Shown here: one piece after another, positions 52,924 through 64,000 of the stretch | How the letters are laid out: each line of letters begins with the position of its first letter | Position numbering within the stretch: the first letter of the stretch is position 1 | Notes under the pieces: model-generated | The model's input: only the letters and a program-made list of their open reading frames with translations | Databases searched by the model: none | Told to the model about the DNA's origin: nothing | Position numbers and translations under genes: made by a program | NCBI GenBank assembly: GCA_964016885.1 | Contig: OZ024742.1 | Span: 209,126,001 to 209,190,000, forward strand | Origin: Eledone cirrhosa | Lineage: Eukaryota | DNA length: 64,000 nucleotides | Direction of reading: 5' to 3'

Positions 52924-54259
52924 CGGTTGTGTTTGTATGGTGAGAGAGAGGGATGAGATGTTACTAGTTACTACTAGTAACATCACTATTTAAGTGTAGA
53001 TATTATGAAAAGGTATGTGCTCAACGGGGAAGCTTAAATCAGCTCGATGGTGATATGGTTGTTGCAACAAAGTGGGATTTAGTACAAATTGAAGTTATTA
53101 GATTAACCATTTTGAGAAGTGAAAAGGTATTATGACGATTTGGACAACACCGTTCAACCGGTAAAAAAAAGTAGTGAAAGAAGTGAAAGAGGGAAGGAAA
53201 TCTTCCTGCATGGTTATATTATTCACAGAGTATATGTTTATATATAGCAACAAATAATGCTATTAATTGTACATTTACCTGATCGACATATGTTTCGCCA
53301 GGCTAAATGAGAACTGTCTCATTAAACTAATTAATCGGGATCTACAAGCGTTTAAATTATCATCAAGGAAATATTACCTCCATTTGTACATCGTAATAGT
53401 ACATAGCAGCTGGTGTAAAATACTAAAATGACCTAGCAATTACCTTTAATTAGGGTAGTAATAAAAGAGATTACGGTAACCTAAAGAAAATATACATATT
53501 TATCATAATAAAAATAAAGATGAAATAAAGTGAAAGAAATAGAACGGAGGATAAGATAAAATATAGGTTATTAGTGGACAAGAGTGATAACTAGGAGAAG
53601 GGGACATTAAGCGAAATCAGAAAAGCCCTAAATATTGATCCATATCAATGTACGCCCTCAGAATTGCATTCAAGTCGAATCGAAAGTTGTGTGGTAGAAC
53701 AGTTTATGGTGGCAAGAGTAACACATTATATCAATGTGTCAATATAAAGTCTACATTTTCTCCTTTCTAAAATAAAAAAAATGCAATATTTTCATATTGT
53801 TGGTTTACTCTATCCCTGAAAGAGAATACGTAATTCTATGTGAGTTTGAAATCAGTAACGTGGCATGACTAAATACATTTTAGGCTTATATCTAAGTTAG
53901 GGCAGCAGCTGTAACACTACGCGCCCTCAAATATACTATCATACCAGCATAACAGAAGACGGAGCTTCAATACGTGCGACAGAAAAACTAGCTAAAGAGC
54001 GGTACTGGAATCGATATAATCGCCTTCTTTTCCCCCCAAATTGGTGACTTTGTACTTAAATATGGAACTATTATTATCACACCAAGAGTATGTTTTGCCT
54101 TCTTAGGTTATGAGTGCAAATACTGCAGAGGGCAACTTTACGTTTCATTCTTCCGGTGTCGATAAAATAGAGTATCAGTCAAATACTGACTTCGATATAA
54201 CCGACTTTTCCTCTTCCCCCAAATGTACAGGTCTTGTACTTAGATTAAAAATCAGTTAA

Positions 54260-54670
54260 GTACGGCGGATTAGCAGAATATTTAGAGCGGCGGACAACTT
54301 GTATTGTGGCATAGAGTCACAACACTTTGCGTTCTGATTTCAATTCCCTCCGAAGTTACCTTTCGTTTCCATCCTCGAAGAGTCGATAAAATAAAATACC
54401 AGTAAGGTGCTGGGGCTGCTTTAATCAATTTTCTCCTTCCATTCATATTACTGTGCCCAATGTAGAAACAATTATTTAGGGCTGTGGATTGGCAAGATTG
54501 GTAGGATGTCGGACAACATGCTTTGCAGCATATAATTACGGCTCCTTACGTTCAGAGTTAGCTTTGCCTTTCATCCTTACGTGGTCGATAAAATATCGCG
54601 CACTATGGTCGATTTAATCCCGGCCCACAAAAAGAATTGCTGACCTTGTGCCTAATTCAGAAACCATTAT
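54260..54670 (+). mobile_element. Two diverged tandem SINE copies; older fragments at 54000-54250
   Basis: Degenerate A/B boxes and the catcc...gtcgataaaata core. Confidence 0.75.
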
Positions 54671-54676
54671 TATTTT

Positions 54677-54732
<56 letters not shown>

Positions 54733-55875
54733 TATATTAACAACAATAAAATAAATATTTCGGTCTATAGGAGGACAGAATATGAATAGAAAATCTGCAA
54801 CAAGCATTAACAGTACTGTTTGCTTCTTTTCGTTATTTTCTCCTTTCTGTTTAGTGTCTGGAAATAATCAATGGAAAACGTAAAGTAGAATAAAACCTCG
54901 AGAGGAAATTGGTAAATACAGCAGATGTATGAATCTTATGAGAGTGGATGGAAATGAATAATGGTGGAAGACTTTTGACAGACTCAAGTGATAATTCGGG
55001 GATTAATGGGGCTGTTTCCAACTAAGTGTAGACTGGTTTCATAATTATTCAATAAATGTTTCACGTGAGCTATCATATATCCTGTATGTCCAACGCTGCA
55101 AGTATCACAGCTTTCCTGAGATACAATAGAGTAGGGTTTTGCACAAAGGAATAATAATGAATGATTAGTGTCCTTAGAACCGTGTTCGACATTATATTTA
55201 TGTCGAAGTGTTTTTGTTGTCGTTCCTTTCATTTTTTTTTCCTATTTTTGTTTATCTTTTGGTTTCTTTTGCTGTCACGTGTTTATGTTTATTCTTGTGT
55301 ATATGTGTAATGTGTGAAGGTGTGTGTTTTTCTGAACATCAATACTGACGTTGGAAAAAATATATTGTCAAGAGACATCACACACACGTATACCTACGAA
55401 TATATCTATATATATATATATACACATATATATATACAGACACATACACGTATATTAATGTATATACACACTTCAACAACATTTTAATGAAAGTGTGAAC
55501 GCATTTTGGGAGTACACCATATATACATATGTAAGTCTGCGTGTTTATGCATATATATATATATATGTTTGTGTATGTGCGTATGTATATATTTGTATAA
55601 CCAACCCCGAATCAAGGCATATGAAGCAAAGACAAGTGTTTATGTCGAAGCTGAATGCATGTTGCTGTGAAAAGACAGTTATGTTTCGTGATATGATGTC
55701 CCAGGCGTCAAAAATAATATATTACTCTGTATAAGATGTCATCCAGTGATTTTATATTTCCTTGCAACGATTGTTTTGATGTGAACTTCAATATTCTTGT
55801 TTCGATAGATTAATATGTAGAAAGACAGGCAGTTTATATATAAGTACATGTGTATGTATATATACGTATATGTAC

Positions 55876-55984
<109 letters not shown>

Positions 55985-56059
55985 CATCATCATTCGTAAT
56001 GCTATTCTTATATATATAAATGTGTGATGGACTCTCCCGTCGATATCCGACGTATGAGT

Positions 56060-56465
56060 GTCCAACAAAGTTCAGCTCTCTGGATGTTGGTGTTTCATGT
56101 GATATTTCAATCCTGCCAGTGACCCACAGACCAAGCCACATAAATCGCAAGAGCAAAAGTTTATGGAGAGTCTTTCAGGTATCAAGGCCCGTTGCTTCGT
56201 CCCTGTTTGGTCAACACGCAATTTTTCTATGCGACTGGATTCAAAGCTCTTGATAGCACTATGGCGCCTTTCTCTCCAGTCCTTTCTGTCTGCAGCAATT
56301 TGTTCGCAATCACGGAAAGGGATTGCAAGAGCCGTGAGATTTGTTTTCAAATTATCCTTATATCTTAGCCATGATCTACCAACCTGCCTGTTGTCGCTGC
56401 TAAGCTGTCCATACATGAATACATGAGGAGTATTGGAACTCTGTCGTCACTCATGCGGATGACAA
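56060..56465 (-). pseudogene. RTE-clade LINE 3' fragment ending in a C2H2 finger
   Basis: MYGQL, LRYKDNLK, AADRKDWR, FE..RI, CDLCGLVCGSLAGLKYHMKHQH. Confidence 0.85.
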
Positions 56466-56684
56466 TATATATATATATATATAAATATATTTGAAAAAAA
56501 AAAGTAAAAGAATGACTTCACTTGTCATTAATTTTATAATATTATAATATTATAAAATTAAATCAAATTGTTTAGACCTACAAGTGAAGTCATTATTTTC
56601 CTTTTTTTCAAATACACCTAAATGTACCAAGGATCTCACACATTTTCCAATATCTCTCTCTGTCTCTCTCTCTCTCACTCTCTC

Positions 56685-56812
<128 letters not shown>

Positions 56813-56820
56813 AAATATAT

Positions 56821-57793
56821 ATAGGAAAAAGTATGACCCCGACGGCAGAGCTCAAGCCGTTTCGACGGCTATTTCTCGACTAAATTAGAATTTTTAGCTT
56901 GGTGAATAAATAGCCGAACTTGTCAAAGGGGTACTTTCTTATATGGGAAGATTGTAGTTGTCAAGAGGAATGGTTAAAATTTGTTGTAAACATAAATAAG
57001 TCTATCATGGCATTTGGTGGAAGGTAGGGGATGCTGAACTTGCCTGTAGAACAATAGGGGAGTGAGTGGAGCCGGTCAAGCGTTGAAAGTGATATGTACA
57101 CAGCAGATTCTAAGGATAGTGTATGAAATGGAGGAGGGAGGTTATAGAATAGGTAATTCAAATGAGAGTAGGAGACAATAAAAGATAATAGAAATAAATT
57201 TAAAAAAATATAAAATTAGATAGTGAGAAATGAATTAAAAAATCACAATGCTATCTTACAATTACAGGTTAATAAGGTGAGAATAGAAAAAAATTGTAAA
57301 ATGGAGTAGTAAGAAAACTGATACAAAATTAAAGGGGTCTAACACATCTGCTATAATTAGTTAGTAAAACGTAATCGGCCAATTCTATCTTAAAATTACA
57401 GGGGAACTGATGCTACAGAGACCCGATGGGCTGCATCGGGGTAGGCGAAAGGGGAAAAGCAGACGAGGAAGAAAATAGGGGGTGGATGGAAGTGATACGA
57501 TGAGACAGGGGGAAGAAGAAGACATAGAGGAAAAGAAAAGAGATACATCTACCTATGTAAGCTGGGGTTTCCCCTAACTTATTCGGCAAGTGTGGGGGGG
57601 GGGGTATAAGCCCTTGTCTACCCACCCGGGTCGTTATGGGGTTGGAGGGGGAGGTAAGTCCTATGCAATCTGTGTTTGCATGCGGTTACTATCGGGGTCA
57701 TACTTTTTCCTATTTCCCACTCTACTACTCTAAGTATTGAGTACTCTGGTGCGTTATGGTCCATCTGGTTCCTTACCACAATTCCTTTGTTAT
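56821..57793 (-). mobile_element. PLE-type 3' UTR remnant with HHR and inverted tail
   Basis: ataggaaaaagtatgaccccga (56821-56842) is the reverse complement of 57692-57713. TA-rich flanks. Related to 39084-39275. Confidence 0.75.
56836..56932 (-). ncRNA. Type I HHR motif with compensatory U3-A8 core and long stem II
   Basis: Reverse complement: cccct-TTGACAA-gtt-cggctattt-(loop)-aaatagccg-tc-GAAA-cggc-ttgagctct-gccg-TC-gggg. Confidence 0.75.
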
Positions 57794-57814
57794 TCCTTTG
57801 TATATATATATATA

Positions 57815-59020
57815 TTAAAATAACAGATTAAAATTTAAGCAAAGAATCGCTGCTTTCATCCCCAACGGGATGTTCTAAAACTAATAAAATCAAACTGTGA
57901 ACGCAGTAGTAAATATTTCGAAAAATGTTGCAACCTGAGGAAAACAGGAAGACGATACTTTGGTTCGTGAAGACGTTCCCTGGCAATGAACAGAAAAATG
58001 CGTAGATAATACGTCATTATTTGGAACGTTGAGAACAATCACACGCAAAGACAAAACCACGTTTATGGTATAAATGAAGTAGAATAATATTCTATTTGGC
58101 AAATCGAATTATTTTCGGCTTCAGAGTTAAGCATAATTGTTTCTACTTTTGGCACAAGACCAGCAATCACCCAGTACATTACTGGTACTTTATTTTATCG
58201 ACCCCGTAAGGATGAAAGGCAAAGTTAACCTTGGCGGGATTTGAACTCAAAATGGCAAGGGTCGTAACTCTATGTGTCAAAGCATGGAGTTCGACCCGCT
58301 ACCGATACTGCCAATCCTAAGAATAATGTAAATATATTAGTATAACGAAAATGTCAGAGGTTATTAAAAACAACAATAATTAAATATATACATACACGCA
58401 TCCATATACGTACATAAACGTGCATACGCGAAAACACCCGCCATGCATGCATATAGATGCACGTACCTAAACCCGCGCGACACATGTACCCGCACACATA
58501 CGAACGTATGCACCAAAATATAAAAAATATATATGTGTATGTATACATATAATTATATAATCGTATATAAATATACATACATGAATACGTATATAACGCA
58601 CGCACGCACATAAACATAACAACAGTTAAATACACATATGTTCACCAAACGTACGTCAACCAAAACACAATGTACACATATACACACCTTACATACGTAC
58701 AAACAGGCGTACACGCATACACACACAAATACAAAATACACATATAGACGTAACCATATACACATATACCTGTATATATAATTGTTTCTACTGTATATAT
58801 AATATAATATATACACCTATAACAAATACAAACATATATACGTACGAGAAAGTTAACGTACCTTCACACAACCTACGGGTAAGGTATGCTTACCTATACA
58901 AATAAGTAATGGTATAAACATAAAATATACTTAACTACCACATCAAGACATAAATTATCCGCGTATTGTTCGTACTATCCGTTAGGGTATAATGTGGGGC
59001 TGTAATACAAGAAAGTTTTA
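57815..59020 (-). mobile_element. Diverged PLE family A 3' UTR and pLTR, interrupted by a SINE
   Basis: Reverse complement resembles 40715-41757. SINE copy at 58134-58317 (minus strand). Confidence 0.8.
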
Positions 59021-59486
59021 TATTTAAAAGGTAAACAGAAATAACAACACAATCGGTACAGTATATGGAAGGAATATATTAGGTTAACGCTTGAAATAGC
59101 AGGAAGAGGGTCTTAACGTTTCGGACGAAAGAAGAAAGTATGAGAAATTAGGTTGAAGGGACTGGCTGGGTGGAATTGGAAAAATCTCTTTAGATAAAAA
59201 TAACAGGTCCATTCATGTTTCCATCTCTTGGGAAACTGTTGATGCTGGCGTTTTATGTATGATATATATTTTTTTAGAAAAGTGGATGATGGAGCGCGAC
59301 TTCCTGAAATGGAAAAAAAAAACGTTTTTTATAAAGAGCTATACTTGTGCGTGTGCATATGCGTGTGTGTGTGTGTGTGTTATTATACGTCCGTACGAAG
59401 CTAAGAGGATATGTGTGTGTATATGTAAGTAAAATCGTGTGTGTGTCCTTGTAAGTACGAAGCTATGAGCAAAAGTATATTAATAT

Positions 59487-59562
<76 letters not shown>

Positions 59563-60559
59563 AGAGATGTGGATGGAAAAGTGGAGTTTGCGTATTTTGT
59601 TGGTCTGTATTAGTTAAAAGAATATATGCTTCTGACCATAAGAAAGCCATAGGAATCTAGGGGTGATAACGGACGGAGTATTAAAGAAATTGGGGTGGGG
59701 AGTTGAGTCCATGAAGGAAAAAGGATCCAAGGCGGTAAATCAGACTCTGTTCTGTCCTGGTGTACGAGGCCTGTAATATGTGATGTAAAAGGACACCCAG
59801 GACTGCGACATGCAGGGAGGAGTCACTAGTGTATTAGAACAAAGAACTTTAATAACTGAATTGAACTTAATTAGCTAGTTACCTCCCGTTACGCATTAGC
59901 TCCCCTTATTCACTTCCGGAAATTAACGATTGAAAATTTAACGGTTGATCAAATATAGTCTATGAATATGGATTCATTAAAACTAATTTACAATCCATTG
60001 CTCTAACTAACTTAAAACACTCAATATAAACATTAACTGAAATTTAATTCAACATATGTCATGGAAAAGTCTGCAAAAACTGTATGTTTCTCAACACACA
60101 TTAATTCGAACACCATCAACATTCAACATCCACCATAGACTCTAACACATTAACATGTTTGGTTCAACTGCCAGTATTTATTCATCTATATATGCATAAT
60201 GGCTTTGCTTCTCTCCTTCTCATGTATATGACTTACGCAGTCACACTACCCACACGCCTGCATATGATTTGTTATCGCACTCTTCCTTTCTCAAAACTGC
60301 TTCCTCAATGCCTCTTTAATATTTGGTCTATTCCCTTGTTTTAACTGTTCCATGTATTCCACTCCGTGCTTCTGATTTTAATTTTCATTTGAATTTGAAC
60401 TTGAATGTTTGTACAATTATTGTACAATTCTCGTAAAATATATGTCACATCCATTCCACCCTGTAAATACGAAACTGTTGCTCACAACATCAATTCAAAT
60501 GTATCTATATTAATGTTCAGTTGAATAGGAGGGTAATTATATGTGCAAACGTTGATAAT

Positions 60560-60604
60560 GTTCCGATGAGTCCAAACGAGAGTTTGGAAGAAACGATTGT
60601 CAGC
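60560..60604 (+). ncRNA. HHR motif with U4C core (CCGAUGA)
   Basis: gtt-CCGATGA-g-tccaaac-gaga-gtttgga-a-GAAA-cgattg-TC-agc. Confidence 0.6.
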
Positions 60605-60793
60605 TATTAAATGATTTGAACACAACTTTGATAATTGTATAATTTATTTATTTAACTGCTCTGTAAAACAACTGATGTTCTCACATTGAGCTATTTCTCT
60701 TACTGGTAATAAGGGAATTAAGAACTTACTGACCTTCCTGTTTATAGTTGTTTATACTATATACATAACTATAAATAGTATTATATATATATA

Positions 60794-60885
<92 letters not shown>

Positions 60886-60887
<2 letters not shown>

Positions 60888-61150
60888 CATGTGGCCTAGT
60901 GGTAAGTGTTTTGGCCTTACGATAATAATGTCCTGGATTTGATTCCTGGGTTGCATGTTGTGTTCTTGAGCGAAATACTTCATTTCACCTTGCTCCAGTA
61001 TACTCAGCTGAAAATGAGTAACAGCAATAGCTGGGGGTTTAACCCTGCGATGGTCTGGCGTCCTGTCCAGCGGGGAGTCTTGTACTCTCAGTCGGTTCAC
61101 GCCATGAAACCGGGATAAGCAGCGGCCAAATGAGCCTTCTGGCTTAAGAC
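60886..61150 (+). mobile_element. tRNA-derived SINE with CORE-like and V-domain-like segments
   Basis: tggcctagtggt, ggatttgattcc, tgtgttcttgagcgaaatactt, ccctgcgatggtctggcgtcctgtccag. Confidence 0.7.
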
Positions 61151-61368
61151 AGAATTTAGACTTTAGACATATATACGATGGCTTCAAACTCTGTTCAGAG
61201 TATTGCAATCGCTTGTCAGATTATAGACTTTGGTGCACTTTTAGAGTTATTGCCTTTGTTGATATGCAATCAACAGAGTTATGTTTATAACAGATACGAA
61301 GCACTCGACAAATAAAATTTTGCGGGAGTATTTTGATAGTCTTATATCTTCCGTTTATTATATTATTA

Positions 61369-62149
61369 TCTATATATCTAAAACAGAGAATGTCTGTCTG
61401 TCTGTCTAACTTCCAAAAGCTCGAGAACCACCCAACCGATTTTTTTCAAACTTTACACATGTAATACTTATGGTCGCGCTCTTATAATATCTGTATGAAT
61501 GTCTGGCTGTCTGCATAACGACATTATATATATAGTGTGTGTGACGTTTTTAGAAATATTTACTACTGCGTTCAAAGATTGATATGTCGCGCCCTTATAA
61601 TATATGTATATATGTCTGGCTGTCTGCATTACGACATTGACTTCGCTATCTGTGTGTGTGTATATATATGTATATATAGTGTGTGTATATATATATATAT
61701 ATAGTGTGTAACGTTTTTCGAAATATTTACTTCTGCGTTCACAGATTGATTTTTTTTAGTTTCAGAAGATCCCGTTAAGGGTGAAGGCAGCGATTCTTCG
61801 CTTAAACTTTAATCTGTTATTTTAATATATATATATATAGAGAGAGAGAGATAATTATATATTCATGTACAGATATTTTTGCATAAACAATAACAAAATA
61901 TAAAAAAACGTATTTATTTCACGAGGCTCGACAGCAGCAAAAACAACAACAAAAAAGAGAGCGAACACAATTACATGCTTTTGAAAAATCTTAGTGGAAA
62001 ATGATTTGCATATTCACCCAAGGCGACTTTACTTTTTATTAGGACTTCTGCATCTATTGGTGAACATACGACGAAACTGTTTCAGAAAGGAGGGATAAAC
62101 ATGCCAATCTATGTTTAGAATCCCGAGCATCGCCGGACCATTCTGCTAG
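61369..62149 (+). mobile_element. Non-autonomous Helitron with nested PLE family A pLTR fragments (~61540-61826)
   Basis: A|TC start at 61369, (tctg)n subterminal motif, 3' cccgagcatcgccgg then CTAG|T at 62146-62149. Confidence 0.78.
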
Positions 62150-62463
62150 TAGCGTCATAATTTATTTCGCTATATATATTTCTGGGATGCTAAATTATAG
62201 CATGCCTTCTTCAGACAATATACAATATTAGATGTATAAAATGTTATACGACATATTCACAAGAGTGACCGTATCCGATCAATTCTAAACGGGTATGTGA
62301 TTCAAAATCTCAAAATTTTCTAGGATGTAAAGTTATTGAGAAATATAGAAATAAACAAATAAATATTAAGGACAGTTAATTTAAACGTTACCTATGTTTT
62401 TTTTAAAATAGCGTTATTAGATTGTTCAGAAAAAAAATGGTAAATGCGTATATCTTATTACTA

Positions 62464-62511
<48 letters not shown>

Positions 62512-62574
62512 AATATACAGACGCTTATATATATATGTATATAGGTAGATCAATATATATTTTATATTCTAGTG

Positions 62575-63590
62575 TTACGAAAACATAAATTATGTTAGTT
62601 TCTATCCCAACCACCCTAAAAACGTTAAGAAAGCTATAGATAGTAGTGTTCAGCTTAGAATTTCTAGACTCTGTGCTAATAAAGATATATTTAACAATAA
62701 GGTAGAATACTACAATGAGGCGCTATCTAGGACAGGCTACTCTAATAAAATTAAATACAGAGATAAAGATAATTATACTCCCTATTATAACGAAAATCAT
62801 TCCTCTAATATTAATAACATAAATCAACCTTATAAGCAGCATGACTTACATATAAACAAAAACAACAAATCGAATAGAAAAGCCAGATCTCATTCTATTT
62901 CATGACTCTAGTCCACTATCTTTAGGGATTAAAACTAGTTTAGCACAACAGTTCTTTCGGGTTCTCGATAAATGTTTCCCTAGAACCCATAAATATTACC
63001 AGATTTTTAACAGACATACTATCAAACTATCATACTCAACAACTATGAATATTGCCCAAAATAGAGCAAAAATGTATAATAGGAATCTTAAAAGGAATCA
63101 AATCTAAATAGGCCTCAACGCTAGCAATAGTAATATTGATAATAGCATAAGCATACACCTTAATAGCAGATCTGCATCATCAAATAATAACATAAATAAT
63201 TGTAATTGTAAGAACAGTCTTTCTTGGCCGTTAAATAATAACTGTCTTGGCCGTATTCTAGTGTATAAATGCATTGTTAAAATTAATTATAGGTCGTATA
63301 ACTATATAGGTGCTACTTTATCTAAACTTAAGGAAAGTTTGTATAACCATACGCATACATTTCGAAGAATGGATAAGAAATTCTCAACTTCCTATTGAAT
63401 TTAATATGGTCTCTAAAAAACAAAAACATAGATTACTCATTATCTTGGCCTAATCTGGCTAACGTCTTACCATGTGTAAATTCTTCTATTTCTAAAAAAT
63501 TCTTCATATTATTGGTAATACAAAATCTATTATTAATAAAAGAACAGAAATATTTAGCGGCTGCTTGCACATAATTTCTAGATCTTTTCA
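62575..63590 (+). pseudogene. Decayed PLE thumb, linker and GIY-YIG region, related to 40041-40758
   Basis: NYVSFYPNHPK, YNEALSRTGY, FPRTHKYYQIFNRHTIKLSYS, CNCKNSLSWPLNNNC, LVYKC...NYIGAT. Confidence 0.82.
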
Positions 63591-63638
63591 CAGAATATAT
63601 AGCTATATTTATATATTTGTATGGTAGATTTAATAGTT

Positions 63639-63674
<36 letters not shown>

Positions 63675-63749
63675 ATGTATATATGTATATATATATGTAT
63701 ATATGTATATATGTATATGTGTAAATATATGTATATATGTATATATGTA

Positions 63750-63842
<93 letters not shown>

Positions 63843-64000
63843 ATATATATATATGTATATATGTATATATGTATATATGTATATATATATATAGAGAGAG
63901 AGAAAATTGTGGTTGGTAATGGCACATGGAATATATAAGAGACAGAATACTTTATTGTGAAAAAACATATAATTTTATAAGGTAAGAAAATATTAAAGGG

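Noticed and set aside
54984-55232. Possible decayed GIY-YIG fragment (SCDTCSVGHTGY)
   Set aside because: Only weak motif resemblance. It needs a profile search.

Overview
AT-rich, microsatellite-dense eukaryotic DNA with no host gene I can support. The SINE types point to an octopod cephalopod, which is an inference from recalled consensus sequences. The window is mostly transposon-derived. It holds a ~6.8 kb decayed RepHel Helitron (15.2-22.0 kb), non-autonomous Helitrons, about 25 tRNA-derived SINE copies or fragments, RTE and Tx1-like LINE fragments, and many Penelope-like elements (PLEs). One PLE is young and has an inverted 5' part of its RT ORF (12.9-15.05 kb). The main unexplained structure is a set of fold-back (inverted) insertions of 75 bp to ~2 kb, mostly in (TA)n tracts. 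Many carry type I hammerhead ribozyme (HHR) motifs, including recurrent non-canonical cores (U4A, U4C, U3-A8, A6U). The best candidate for an undescribed system is a non-coding 466-bp unit (34575-35853, relatives at 28.0, 42.9-43.6 and 43.9 kb). It carries one intact minimal HHR and an octamer motif per unit and is repeated head-to-tail beyond one monomer in both orientations, as expected for a retrozyme-like element copied from a circular RNA. All RNA pairings were read by eye and were not computed.
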